Below, in pieces: positions 27,743 through 37,440 of a DNA stretch of 49,362 bases (positions are counted from its first letter, which is position 1; the number at the start of each line of letters is the position of its first letter). This stretch comes from Candidatus Aenigmatarchaeota archaeon. Its GTDB lineage: Archaea > Aenigmatarchaeota > Aenigmatarchaeia > QMZP01. The notes beneath the pieces were generated by a model that was not told where the DNA came from, searched no databases, and worked only from the letters and a program-made list of their open reading frames with translations. Both the position numbers and the translations under genes were made by a program. Location of the stretch: contig JAWCLA010000001.1 in NCBI GenBank assembly GCA_039091855.1, positions 13,267-62,628 of the forward strand, read 5' to 3'.

Positions 27743-29551
27743 TTAAGCAGTTTCTATAAGGTCCATAACCCTGTCTGGGTTTGAGTAATATTCGCTCACT
27801 ATTTTCGCAACTTCCCTGTAATCGTATATTTCCTGCTCAAGCATCCACTCAAGTATGAACTTCCTTCTCATAAGCTCGTTCTTTATCGTTTCTTCTGTCA
27901 CACCCATCCTTCTCGCAAGGGTCTTCATAACAATTGACTTGTTTGCTATCTCAAACTCGTCAGTTATCGGCTTCCATACAAATACTTTGTTGGTAACAGG
28001 CTTGTTTTCCTTAACCCCTATCACTTCAAGAATTGCGTCAGCTCTCCTCACATAGCTTTCCTTTATTCTTGAAAGTGTAAGGAAAACTACTATGTTTATG
28101 TTCTCGAGAAGCGTGGGTGGAAGGGATATAGGAGGTGTTGTAAGCCTGTCTATGAGCTGCTCTATTGATGCGGCGTGTATCGTTGCAAGGGAAGGGTGTC
28201 CTGTTGCCATCTGCTGGAAAAGGACAAAGGCTTCCTTTCCCCTGACCTCACCCATAACTATGTAGTCCGGCCTTTGCCTTAGGGAAGACTTCAGCAAATC
28301 GAAAAGGCTAACCTCGCCCTTCTTTCCCTCTATGCTGAGTGGTGTCCTCGCTACCTCAGGTATCCAGTGTGGGTGGGGAAGCCTGAGTTCGGGGGTGTCC
28401 TCTATGCTTACTATTTTCAGGTTTGGCCTTATGAAAAGCGAGAGGGCGTTAAGAAGGCTTGTCTTTCCTGTTGCGGTTCCTCCTGATATGAGGACTGACA
28501 TCCCGTTGTCTATTGCAAGCCAAAGGTATGCGAGCTGGGTTGAATTAACCGTTCCGTTCCTGAGCATATGTGTAGGTGTTAGTGGCTCCTCTGTGAACTT
28601 TCTTATTGTGAAGTTAGAACCCCTCCTTGCTATGTCAGTTCCCAAAGTTGCCTGCACTCTTGAGCCGTCTGGTAGAGAGGCGTCAAGCAATGGCTCTGCT
28701 ATTGAGATTGTTTTCCTGCACTTCTGCGCAAGCCTCATAACAAAGGTGTTAAGCTCGTCTATGTCCTCGAAGAATATGTTAGTCTTTATTGACCCTATTT
28801 TTGGATCCCTGTGGTAAACATAAATTGGTATTCCGACCCCGTCGCAGGAAACGTCCTCTATGTTAGGGTCGTTCATAAGGGTTTCTATCTTTCCGAGACC
28901 TATGATTTCCTTCTCTATGTAGTAGATGTAAATAAGCTTCTTGCTCTCGTCAATCTGCTCCTTCATCTCGCTTAAAATGTTGAGTATCTCTGCCTTTAGT
29001 ACGCTTTTTGCCCTTATCTCGCCGAGCTTTACGAAATCCACATCGAGCCTTTCCTCAAGCTCCTTTTTGACAAACTCTATTATCTCCCTGTCCCTTTGGG
29101 TAAGCCTTGGCTCAATCACCCTGTAAACAAGCTCCTTTGATTGTGGGTCCCAAACTATGTTTGCGTAAGCGAAAATCAGGTCGCCCTTTTTCGGAAACCT
29201 TGGGATAAGATGGTAGGTTATGTTTATGTGCTGCAGCATCTCCCTTGACTCCTCTATAGCTATTGGTCCTCCTGTGCCAACATATTCTGTTGGTATCTCA
29301 ACCCCTTCCTTTGCAACTTCTGTCTCGTAGGGTTTCTTTTCTTCTTTGCCCTCCTTTCTTATGTCTTTCTTGCTGTAAGGCGCGTAGATTATTGGCTGAT
29401 ATATGAACGAAGGCCCTCCTATGCCCATTTTTTCCTTCTGCTTCTTCTTTATCCATAGCTTATAACCTTTCTTGAACCTTCTTGCTATGTACCTGACTGC
29501 AAAGGGCTTTTTTTCCCTCTGGCTCCTTATCCTGACTTTGGGGATTCTCAT
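27743..29551 (-). CDS. type IV pilus/archaellum-type secretion ATPase (FlaI/PilB-like), second paralog
   Basis: Walker A SGGTATGKTSLLNAL, KIVSIEDTPELRL, RPDYIVMGEVRGKEA, His box SLATIHA. Lys-rich N-terminal extension. Confidence 0.9.
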   Translation of the reverse strand: MRIPKVRIRSQREKKPFAVRYIARRFKKGYKLWIKKKQKEKMGIGGPSFIYQPIIYAPYSKKDIRKEGKEEKKPYETEVAKEGVEIPTEYVGTGGPIAIEESREMLQHINITYHLIPRFPKKGDLIFAYANIVWDPQSKELVYRVIEPRLTQRDREIIEFVKKELEERLDVDFVKLGEIRAKSVLKAEILNILSEMKEQIDESKKLIYIYYIEKEIIGLGKIETLMNDPNIEDVSCDGVGIPIYVYHRDPKIGSIKTNIFFEDIDELNTFVMRLAQKCRKTISIAEPLLDASLPDGSRVQATLGTDIARRGSNFTIRKFTEEPLTPTHMLRNGTVNSTQLAYLWLAIDNGMSVLISGGTATGKTSLLNALSLFIRPNLKIVSIEDTPELRLPHPHWIPEVARTPLSIEGKKGEVSLFDLLKSSLRQRPDYIVMGEVRGKEAFVLFQQMATGHPSLATIHAASIEQLIDRLTTPPISLPPTLLENINIVVFLTLSRIKESYVRRADAILEVIGVKENKPVTNKVFVWKPITDEFEIANKSIVMKTLARRMGVTEETIKNELMRRKFILEWMLEQEIYDYREVAKIVSEYYSNPDRVMDLIETA

Positions 29552-29568
29552 TGCATTTCACCTGTAGC

Positions 29569-29991
29569 TTATGTTATGATAATTTGATTTCCTGTCTTAT
29601 ATATCATAGAATTTCCTGAAGAGCTTACAACCCTTCCCTTCAGTTCAAGGGATTTGTTTATGTTGTAAAGGTCGAAGTGCCTTGTTATGTTTGTATCCAT
29701 TGATGTCAGATTTAAGCCTGTGTTAGAAAGGTATATTATGTAAAACTCATTGCCTGCCCTTGTTGGTATTCTTATCTTTATGGATGCTTCCTCCCTCTCG
29801 CTCAGCTTGATTATGTTTGATGATATATACTCTCCAATTTCTGTGAGCTGGTCTTTGACTGTGAGTTCATTAAAGCTACTTTCATATCCCCTGAACAAGG
29901 CAAGGCTTGAAATGAAGATTATAACGCTAAACATGAATAACAGGACGTGCTCAAATATCAGAGAAAGCGCCTTCATTTTTTTTCGCTTCAT
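29569..29991 (-). CDS. pilin-like protein (N-terminal hydrophobic helix, possible class III signal peptide)
   Basis: MKRKKMKALSLIFEHVLLFMFSVIIFISSLALF. 140 aa. Directly upstream of the ATPase. Confidence 0.5.
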   Translation of the reverse strand: MKRKKMKALSLIFEHVLLFMFSVIIFISSLALFRGYESSFNELTVKDQLTEIGEYISSNIIKLSEREEASIKIRIPTRAGNEFYIIYLSNTGLNLTSMDTNITRHFDLYNINKSLELKGRVVSSSGNSMIYKTGNQIIIT

Positions 29992-30182
29992 ATAAATTTA
30001 TTTAGAAAATGTATTAAAATTCAATTCTTTATGGCTCGGCAAATTACTTCTGGAATTTGAGCAATTGAATAGGCCTAAAATTGTATAGTCTTGGAGAGGT
30101 TTTCATTTTTAGACCTAATTTGGCTTTTCAGGTTCCAGATTTAACCTGGTGCAACCTTCTATTGCAATATTCAGAACATCTT

Positions 30183-30677
30183 TCAAACCCAAAGGATGAA
30201 TTTAAGCCTTGCAGGTTTCTCATCGTAAATCACATACCTTTCCGAAGGTACAGAGAAAGAAGCGCTTTGTGGCGGATAATTTCCCGTAACAGCCTTTGAC
30301 CCACCTGGAACTTCTGCAAGGGTGCCGTTTGAGTACCTTATCTCGAAGTAGAAATTATAGCCTGATATACCAAGAATTGTCTTTATTGTCTCCGAATCCA
30401 TGTTTACAAAATATCCAACCTTTGTTTCGTTAAGGACATTTTCCCTTACAGCAAGCCCGATAGTTTCGACGGTTGTTTCATTCCACTCATTTGGAATTCC
30501 AGGCTGCCTGACAAGGGAATCCGATATCCCCATTGCTGTGCTCTCCATAGAATTCAATAAAATCTGCTGCTGGTTCTGCTGCATTACATAGCTCCATGCA
30601 AACAGAAGTATTACCATCGCTGATATGAATATAAGGAGCGATGCCCCGAAATCCATTGACCATATCTGAGCTTTCAT
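30183..30677 (-). CDS. archaeal type IV pilin-like protein (class III signal peptide)
   Basis: MKAQIWSMDFGASLLIFISAMVILLFAW: KA|Q followed by a hydrophobic helix. Confidence 0.6.
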   Translation of the reverse strand: MKAQIWSMDFGASLLIFISAMVILLFAWSYVMQQNQQQILLNSMESTAMGISDSLVRQPGIPNEWNETTVETIGLAVRENVLNETKVGYFVNMDSETIKTILGISGYNFYFEIRYSNGTLAEVPGGSKAVTGNYPPQSASFSVPSERYVIYDEKPARLKFILWV

Positions 30678-31090
30678 GATATCACAATCTCCCCGTTCCT
30701 GTTGTAAATCCTGTTCTCCCCCTTCCTGAAATGGCCGCTAACGTTTCCCGAAAGCAGGATTTTTGAGTACGTTCGGTTGTTTATCTCCAGAAAAATAAGC
30801 CCTGAACTCACATTAAGCAAGTAGTCAGAGTTCACTATCTGATAAGGAAGCGTTATGTTTGTGGAAAACCCGTCACCCTCAAGAAATGCGGTGTCAATCC
30901 TGCCCTTTACAAGCGAAAGCAATTCCTCTACCTTAAGGTCAATTTGGGAAGAATAAACGTTTTGGCTGTTCTGAAAAACATAAACAGCAGCAACCGACAA
31001 AGCAGCCATAAATATTATGTAAATGAACATAAACTCTATTGATATCTGTGCCTTTTTCCTGAATGAAATGGAAAAATCAACCGAGCGCAT
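30674..31090 (-). CDS. archaeal type IV pilin-like protein (class III signal peptide)
   Basis: Start moved to the internal Met (MRSVDFSISFRKKAQISIEFMFIYIIFMAALSVAAVYVF), giving the QxSxEF class III signature. 4-nt overlap with the next pilin gene. Confidence 0.6.
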   Translation of the reverse strand: MRSVDFSISFRKKAQISIEFMFIYIIFMAALSVAAVYVFQNSQNVYSSQIDLKVEELLSLVKGRIDTAFLEGDGFSTNITLPYQIVNSDYLLNVSSGLIFLEINNRTYSKILLSGNVSGHFRKGENRIYNRNGEIVIS

Positions 31091-31178
31091 TTTTACACCA
31101 TCTTCAACAGAGAGCTGGAAACCTGCTGTATTTACAGGCTTTATATTGTTTATAATTAGGCAGTGCAATTAATTAAAT

Positions 31179-34100
31179 ATGGAAGAGCGGGCGGGATGGA
31201 TATTGTTAATTTTGGCGTTTGTTTTATTAGTAGCGCAAACAGGAGCCGCAACCGAATATGCACCATCTACTTGCATAATACAGAGGTCTACAATTCAGGG
31301 ACATGATATTGTTTACTATGAAACAATAAATTGCAAAATAGATAAAATTTCATATGATGATGAATCAACTGTCTATGTTAGCGGCCTGGGATATATCTTT
31401 ACTTCTTGGAATGGTCTCCCTTCTTCAGTAGGCTCTATTTCCCTGACAATTAAAATGCGCTGTCGTTCACTTGTTTATAATGATTGTAAAAAATTACTTG
31501 GATGTGAAGGCATTGATGGCGAAGAAGTAAATTATAAGAAATATTATCTTGAGTTAATAAGTGATTGCACATCAGATTTGGGGTTTTTGAACCCTGACAC
31601 ACAGATAATTGTTTCGAATGGTGTGAATTCAAAGGAAATAGCCACTGTTGCCGTGACAAACGATTATTCATATTACACTTATGATTTAACAAACATATTA
31701 AAGCCCGCATCTGGATATTATTCCGTAACGATAAATAACAATAAAAAATATGTAACAGGTTCTGGCAGTAGATATGTATTCAAAACCATTTATATAGATT
31801 TAGTCAAATTGGAAGCAGAACCATGTCAATGCTCATCAGGAATATGTTGTGACGGCTGTAACTACAAGCCTTCAGGCACTGCTTGTGGAGCATCTACCTG
31901 CCCTTCTGATTACTATTACCAAAACAGCGGAAACTGCTACAAGGCAGATTACCCAGAATCCTGCACAAAAACCTGCGACAGTTCTGGAAACTGCCAGGAT
32001 TGCTGCAATCCCGTGATTTCATTAAATAACTGGAGCTGCAATCCCTTGTGTCAAAAACCAGACTATACAAGTTCATGTACAGGCCAAACACCGCCAAAAT
32101 GCATAAACTTACCTTCAACCACAACATGTGGTACAAACATATGCAGTTCAAATAACGGGTATGTTCAAAGTTCAGGAAATTGCTATTATAGGGTATATAA
32201 TGACTGCACAAAATACTGCAGCAACGGTATCTGCCAGGACTGCGCTTGCACATACACAGATTATCCCCAAAGCTGGGATTGTGGAATATGCAAAGAAAAG
32301 GACTACTCATCCTGTGCATTAACAACAGGACCGTTGTGCAAGAACTCAGCTCCAGGAACGCCTTGCACGATTTCAGGCCAGCAGGGAAAATGTGACGGAT
32401 ACGGAAACTGCACAGTTCCGCCATCTCTTTCTGTTTCTGCAACCCTTTCTTCATCCTCGATAAAGGCAGGTGAAACCACAATGCTCAAAGGAGAGATAAT
32501 TTGCTCTAACGCAAACTGTGGTTATGTTTATGTGCACGCAAAAAACACATCAGGTTCACCGATAAACCAGATTCCCGGGCTTTCAGTGCAAGGAACAAAT
32601 CCTTACACTTGCGGCTATATGGGTTCAGGGCAAAAATGCTATCCCAATTGGACAATAACAGGAATGTCAGCAGGAACGTACCCTCTTTACCTGATAGCAA
32701 CAAACGGAACACTGATCAACACATCATCTATAGTCACTCTTAACGTAACAGAAATACCTTCGGGCAGTTTGTCCATTTCAGGATTAACGCCTGTTACTAC
32801 GACTGTTGGAATCCCTGTGACAATAAGCGCAAATATTTTATGTTCTGGAATTTCGGGCTCATATTGTGGAAATGTGACCTCCTACCTCTATTACAATTCA
32901 TCCTCTTCAAGTTGGGTTTTGATGGGCCCATCAGGAAGCCTCTACACGACTTCCAATAATCCGCAAAGGCCAACTTCCTGCAGCAATCTCTGGTCAGGAC
33001 AGTCCTGCCCTGTTTACTGGACTGTAAACAGCACAAAGACAGGAACATACCACATAAATATGGTTGCCGATTCCGACAGCCCAAAGGTTGATAACTCAAG
33101 CCATTCAGTCCAGCTTGTTGTAAAGGAAAAGCCTGTTGGTGTTATTTCAATAGAGAGCCTTGGTCTTAATCCTGCCCAGATAAAGACAGGGGAGGAAACT
33201 AATTTAAGTGCGGTTATAAAATGTCTCTCTTCGGACAGCATAACAACTGTATCCTGTGGAAAGGTAAATGCATATACAAGACACAACGGCACAAAAATAG
33301 AGGTTTCAGGCCCTTTGGCAACACAAATCCCAGAAAGGGAATGCGGGACAATGGGTTCGGGTGGAACCTGCAATGTTATATGGAGCATAAAAGGAAACTC
33401 CGTAGGAACATACCTGGTTGACATTTTAGCTTACTCTGACTCTGCTGAAGTCCAGGACAAGACATCTGAAACCAAAACCCTTTCCGTTATAAAGAATATT
33501 GGCACTCTTTCAATACCAAGATTATATGCAACTCCTCCTGAAATAAACATCACAAACACAACAACAATTTCCGTGACAGTCAACTGCTCAACAAGCTATT
33601 GTGGAAACATCAATCTAACGCTCTCTGTTCCATCAGGACTTGTATTTGAAGGCGCAAGCCAGCAGTACTGCCTTTCCTTCCCTTGTAACCTGAACTTTAC
33701 TCTAAGGGGAATCTCCGAAGGCTCCTTTACAGTTTCCCTTGAGGCAAAATCAAATGAGTCAATACCAACAGCAACAAATTCCACATCAATTGTTGTCAAG
33801 GGCCCAAACCCGCTTTTAAGTCTAACCATAACCATACCAAACTCTGCAACTTTGTTTGAACCTGTTCAGGCAAAGACAACAGTTTACTGCCACGTGAAAA
33901 ACTGCGGCAACACCAAAACAGCAATCGCTTACAAAACAACGGAAGGATGGAAAGAGATATCCTATTCAGGCGATGTTCACATTTCAAACCAGCAGCAAAA
34001 TCCAATTTCAACAGAGATGTTCGTAAACCAGTCAAAGGAAATAGTCTGGGAGCTGAACTTTACCAAGACAGGAATTTATGAGATTATGGTTTATGCAAAC

Positions 34101-35783
34101 GGTTCTGATCCTGGGGTCGTAAATGCAACTTACATTACTTTAATAAATGCATCCCCTGTCAGCAGGATTTCAATAGAAATCCTTTCCCCAAACGATGGGG
34201 AGACATTCTCTCTTGGGGAAACCGTTTTCCTTAAGTCAAGAATTACCAAAGGCGGCAATCCTTTGATAGGAATCAAGCCATTTGTTTCACTTTCTTCCTT
34301 TTTGGGAGCAGAACTTTTCGATGACGGCAAGCACAATGACAGCCTGAATGATGATGGAATTTATGGTGGAGAGATTAAGCTGTTGCTTGAAGGCATAAGG
34401 GAAAGGAAGCCCCAATACCTTGCGTTCAGGGCAGGAGATTCGGAAGAAAAGATTTACATATATATCGATCCTTCGCTTTCAGTAACACTAAAAACCGACA
34501 AGTATTCATATGAATGGGGAGAGAACATAACAATATACGGAGAGGTTAAAAGAAAGGATAAAGAAACAAGCTCAGACATTCAGGCATATCTCGAATGCGG
34601 CGGATGGACAGGGCAGGCAAACTCATTTTCCAGCGAAAACGGCTCTTACTTGATAAACTATCAGAACATCTATATGCCCCCATTTTCCGACTGCAACTTA
34701 AGCATACAAATTTTGGCAAAGGACAATTACGAAAACTTCGGCAATGCTATAAAAGAGGTTTTAGTGAAGGCATACAAGGGAGATTTGTATTCCTTATCTT
34801 TCAGTATGGAAAGATACAATTACAGCAGAATGGAAAACATTCCGATAAGGGCAACCGTGAGTTATCTGGGTTCAACTCAAACCAATGCAAATGTAAAATG
34901 CAGCTTTTTAGGAAAGGAAATAACCCTTACCGAAAAAAATGGCGAATATATAGGTTATTATGAAATACCCTTTGACGCTCCTCTTAAGGAAGAAACACTG
35001 AGCTGCTCTGCTTCAGGACCCAAATCAGAAAAGCCCGGACCAGGTAGCACGAAAATAAAGATAGAACCAGTTCCCATTCAGCTATCAATAGTAAGCCCCA
35101 AGCTTTTGCCAAACAACATTATTTACGTGTTTTCAGAAAATATGGTAGCCCTTGTCGTAAATGCAACCTATCCTGACAAAAAACCCGTGCTTGGTGCTGA
35201 AATTCACATAACAATAAATAACCAGACAGTCAAGCTTAAGCATATGGGAAACGGCACATACACAACCGATGAAGGCTGGTTCACAGGCTCTGGTGTTACT
35301 GAGATGTTTTTGTCAGCGCAGGACGCTTACGGAAACAATGGCAATAACAACATAACACTTGTTGTAAACCCAAGCCAGTTCAATTGGTGGTGGCTGCTTC
35401 TGATACCAGCGGGTTTGGCAATTCTGTTTTTCCTATGGTATTATGTTAAATCCAAGGAGCAGCCAAAAGTTCAGATACAGGAGAAAATCATAAGGCTTCC
35501 TGTTACGGAAAGAGTGAGGGAGATTGTTTACAAGCCAATAAGGGTTCCCTCACAACAAAAAATTGACCCGATTACAAAATTGAGAAGGGAGATAGCAGAG
35601 CTTGAGGAAAGGTCAAACACAGTTAATCGCGCAAAGGACATTGCAGAGCAGCAGTATTACAAGAGGCAGATAGACGAGCAGACATTCAACAACCTTATGC
35701 AAAGATATGAGGAGAAGCTTATAGAGATTGACGCCGCAATAAGGGAGAAAAGGAAAAAACTCCGTGAAATGGGAGCTGTGTGA
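31179..35783 (+). CDS. giant (1534 aa) surface protein: signal peptide, tandem Cys-rich modules, about 5 Ig/CARDB-like repeats, C-terminal TM and coiled-coil cytoplasmic tail
   Basis: N-terminal WILLILAFVLLVAQTGAA. Cys-rich region about 31824-32415. Repeated blocks of the form xxxCGxVxxY...G...C...W(T/S)(I/V)...GTYxxxxxA. TM WWWLLLIPAGLAILFFLWYYV (about 35386-35448). Then a roughly 110-aa charged heptad-like tail. Many N-x-S/T sequons. Confidence 0.8.
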   Translation: MEERAGWILLILAFVLLVAQTGAATEYAPSTCIIQRSTIQGHDIVYYETINCKIDKISYDDESTVYVSGLGYIFTSWNGLPSSVGSISLTIKMRCRSLVYNDCKKLLGCEGIDGEEVNYKKYYLELISDCTSDLGFLNPDTQIIVSNGVNSKEIATVAVTNDYSYYTYDLTNILKPASGYYSVTINNNKKYVTGSGSRYVFKTIYIDLVKLEAEPCQCSSGICCDGCNYKPSGTACGASTCPSDYYYQNSGNCYKADYPESCTKTCDSSGNCQDCCNPVISLNNWSCNPLCQKPDYTSSCTGQTPPKCINLPSTTTCGTNICSSNNGYVQSSGNCYYRVYNDCTKYCSNGICQDCACTYTDYPQSWDCGICKEKDYSSCALTTGPLCKNSAPGTPCTISGQQGKCDGYGNCTVPPSLSVSATLSSSSIKAGETTMLKGEIICSNANCGYVYVHAKNTSGSPINQIPGLSVQGTNPYTCGYMGSGQKCYPNWTITGMSAGTYPLYLIATNGTLINTSSIVTLNVTEIPSGSLSISGLTPVTTTVGIPVTISANILCSGISGSYCGNVTSYLYYNSSSSSWVLMGPSGSLYTTSNNPQRPTSCSNLWSGQSCPVYWTVNSTKTGTYHINMVADSDSPKVDNSSHSVQLVVKEKPVGVISIESLGLNPAQIKTGEETNLSAVIKCLSSDSITTVSCGKVNAYTRHNGTKIEVSGPLATQIPERECGTMGSGGTCNVIWSIKGNSVGTYLVDILAYSDSAEVQDKTSETKTLSVIKNIGTLSIPRLYATPPEINITNTTTISVTVNCSTSYCGNINLTLSVPSGLVFEGASQQYCLSFPCNLNFTLRGISEGSFTVSLEAKSNESIPTATNSTSIVVKGPNPLLSLTITIPNSATLFEPVQAKTTVYCHVKNCGNTKTAIAYKTTEGWKEISYSGDVHISNQQQNPISTEMFVNQSKEIVWELNFTKTGIYEIMVYANGSDPGVVNATYITLINASPVSRISIEILSPNDGETFSLGETVFLKSRITKGGNPLIGIKPFVSLSSFLGAELFDDGKHNDSLNDDGIYGGEIKLLLEGIRERKPQYLAFRAGDSEEKIYIYIDPSLSVTLKTDKYSYEWGENITIYGEVKRKDKETSSDIQAYLECGGWTGQANSFSSENGSYLINYQNIYMPPFSDCNLSIQILAKDNYENFGNAIKEVLVKAYKGDLYSLSFSMERYNYSRMENIPIRATVSYLGSTQTNANVKCSFLGKEITLTEKNGEYIGYYEIPFDAPLKEETLSCSASGPKSEKPGPGSTKIKIEPVPIQLSIVSPKLLPNNIIYVFSENMVALVVNATYPDKKPVLGAEIHITINNQTVKLKHMGNGTYTTDEGWFTGSGVTEMFLSAQDAYGNNGNNNITLVVNPSQFNWWWLLLIPAGLAILFFLWYYVKSKEQPKVQIQEKIIRLPVTERVREIVYKPIRVPSQQKIDPITKLRREIAELEERSNTVNRAKDIAEQQYYKRQIDEQTFNNLMQRYEEKLIEIDAAIREKRKKLREMGAV

Positions 35784-35811
35784 TTTATAAATTGGGATGT
35801 AAAAATATTTT

Positions 35812-36480
35812 ATGAGAGCTATGAAAATCACAACAGGCATACCAGGTTTGGACAAGCTAATAGGCAACGGCTTCGAACAGGGAAGCGTTAATCTTGTTAC
35901 AGGAAAGACAGGCACGGGAAAGTCTATATTCTCCCTGCAGTTTCTTATTCACGGCGCAAAGCTTAAGGAAAAGGGGCTTTTCGTCACAACAGAGGAAAGC
36001 AGCGAATACCTGAAGAAGCAGGCTGAGAACATAGGATGGGACATCTCCTCACTCGAGAAGCAGGGCATGCTAAAAATAGTTGCCTTTGAGCCCTTTGACA
36101 TAGACACTCTTATGACAAAGATAACAGAGGCTGTTAGGGCGTTTGGCGCAAAAAGGGTTGCAATAGATTCGCTCAGCATGTTCGAGCTTTACATAGACGA
36201 GCCATTCAAGACGAGGAAGGCAATGTTCAAGTTCCTTGAAAAGCTCAAGGAGATGGGAGTGACCACTGTTGTTACAGCCGAAATACCAGAAGACAGCAAC
36301 AACCTTTCAAGGACAGGGGTTGTGGAATTTCTTGTTGATTCAGTGATAGTTCTTCAGTACCTGAGCATAGCCAAATACAAGAGAAGCCTCATGATAAGGA
36401 AGATGAGGACAAGCAAGCACTCAATGGACATTCACCCATTTGAAATAGGGCCTTCGGGTATAGAGGTAAAGTCAATATAA
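35812..36480 (+). CDS. KaiC/RecA-superfamily single-domain ATPase (ArlH/FlaH-like)
   Basis: GIPGLDKLIGNGFEQGSVNLVTGKTGTGKS (Walker A), Walker B-like VAIDSLS. 222 aa. Confidence 0.8.
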   Translation: MRAMKITTGIPGLDKLIGNGFEQGSVNLVTGKTGTGKSIFSLQFLIHGAKLKEKGLFVTTEESSEYLKKQAENIGWDISSLEKQGMLKIVAFEPFDIDTLMTKITEAVRAFGAKRVAIDSLSMFELYIDEPFKTRKAMFKFLEKLKEMGVTTVVTAEIPEDSNNLSRTGVVEFLVDSVIVLQYLSIAKYKRSLMIRKMRTSKHSMDIHPFEIGPSGIEVKSI

Positions 36481-36488
36481 TTCTGAAA

Positions 36489-36893
36489 TTAACCTGTGGT
36501 TATCTCGACATAATCACCTTTGCTCTCAACGCTTATTATGTAATTTCCCTCTGATTTAGGAATGGTTCCAGTGAGGTTTGCTATAGAATCAGAAAAAACG
36601 TCAGAAATCCCGGAGCCAGACCTCATTTTGAAGTTGATAGTCTTGCCTTCTATCTCAATCTCTTCCACACCCTTCGGGATATATACATTCAGTTTCAACT
36701 TGGCAGGCGGGCCCTGGGCATAAACAAGGTCAGCAGCGCTTGTTATCTGCCTTGCAGCGTTTTTGGCATAGGAAACAGAAAGCTCTTCCCCTGCACCCTG
36801 CTGAACAGAGGAAACATAAACCCAAACCGGTATCACAAACGCGATTGCAAGCGCAAAAATCATCATGTACTCAAAAGAAACCTGCGCTTTCAT
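36489..36893 (-). CDS. archaeal type IV pilin-like protein (class III signal peptide)
   Basis: MKAQVSFEYMMIFALAIAFVIPVWVYV: textbook KAQxSxEY class III signal peptide. Confidence 0.7.
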   Translation of the reverse strand: MKAQVSFEYMMIFALAIAFVIPVWVYVSSVQQGAGEELSVSYAKNAARQITSAADLVYAQGPPAKLKLNVYIPKGVEEIEIEGKTINFKMRSGSGISDVFSDSIANLTGTIPKSEGNYIISVESKGDYVEITTG

Positions 36894-37438
36894 AAATAGT
36901 TATTTGTTTTTCTGTATAAAAATGGACTGGCGGATGAGACAACCCATAAGGAGGCTGTCACCCAGGAAACAGTCTCTGGTATGGCTGCACCAACATATCC
37001 CAAAAAGTAAGCAGCAAAGGAAATCATGCTGAATGCAGAAACCAGAGCGAGCCGTGATTTTTTCTCTGCAAAATAAAGAATTGAAGAAAAAAGCAGGGAA
37101 GCAAACATAATTGAAGAAACTGCCGTATGAATGTGTCCGTAAGACTCGTCAAACATCCCCACAAAAACAAGAAAGAAGGAAGTTAAAGCAAGACCATAAG
37201 ATGTTTTCTCTGCCTGATTTTTCAGTGATTTTAGTGAATAAAGAAGCAACATTATTCCTGATAACTCAACCCCTGAATTGAACAATATTGCACCATAGCC
37301 GTTGGAAGGATTTCCCAGGTCGCTCAGGGCGTTGGTCTCCAGCCTGAACCAAGGCGAGAAAATTATAGACAAGCCTGTGAAAAGGAACAAAACTATAATG
37401 GCTAAAGGTCCAAAAACTGACCATTTTTCAATACTCAT
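36890..37438 (-). CDS. polytopic membrane protein (DUF998-like)
   Basis: 182 aa, 6 predicted TM helices, N-terminal ...NALSDLGN motif. 4-nt overlap with the downstream pilin gene. Confidence 0.45.
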   Translation of the reverse strand: MSIEKWSVFGPLAIIVLFLFTGLSIIFSPWFRLETNALSDLGNPSNGYGAILFNSGVELSGIMLLLYSLKSLKNQAEKTSYGLALTSFFLVFVGMFDESYGHIHTAVSSIMFASLLFSSILYFAEKKSRLALVSAFSMISFAAYFLGYVGAAIPETVSWVTASLWVVSSASPFLYRKTNNYL

Positions 37439-37440
37439 AA

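Noticed and set aside
36890-37438. Prepilin peptidase (FlaK/PibD) candidate next to the pilin gene
   Set aside because: It lacks the two catalytic Asp motifs (D ... GxGD/GxHyD). The ...SDLGN... N-terminus fits DUF998-type membrane proteins better.
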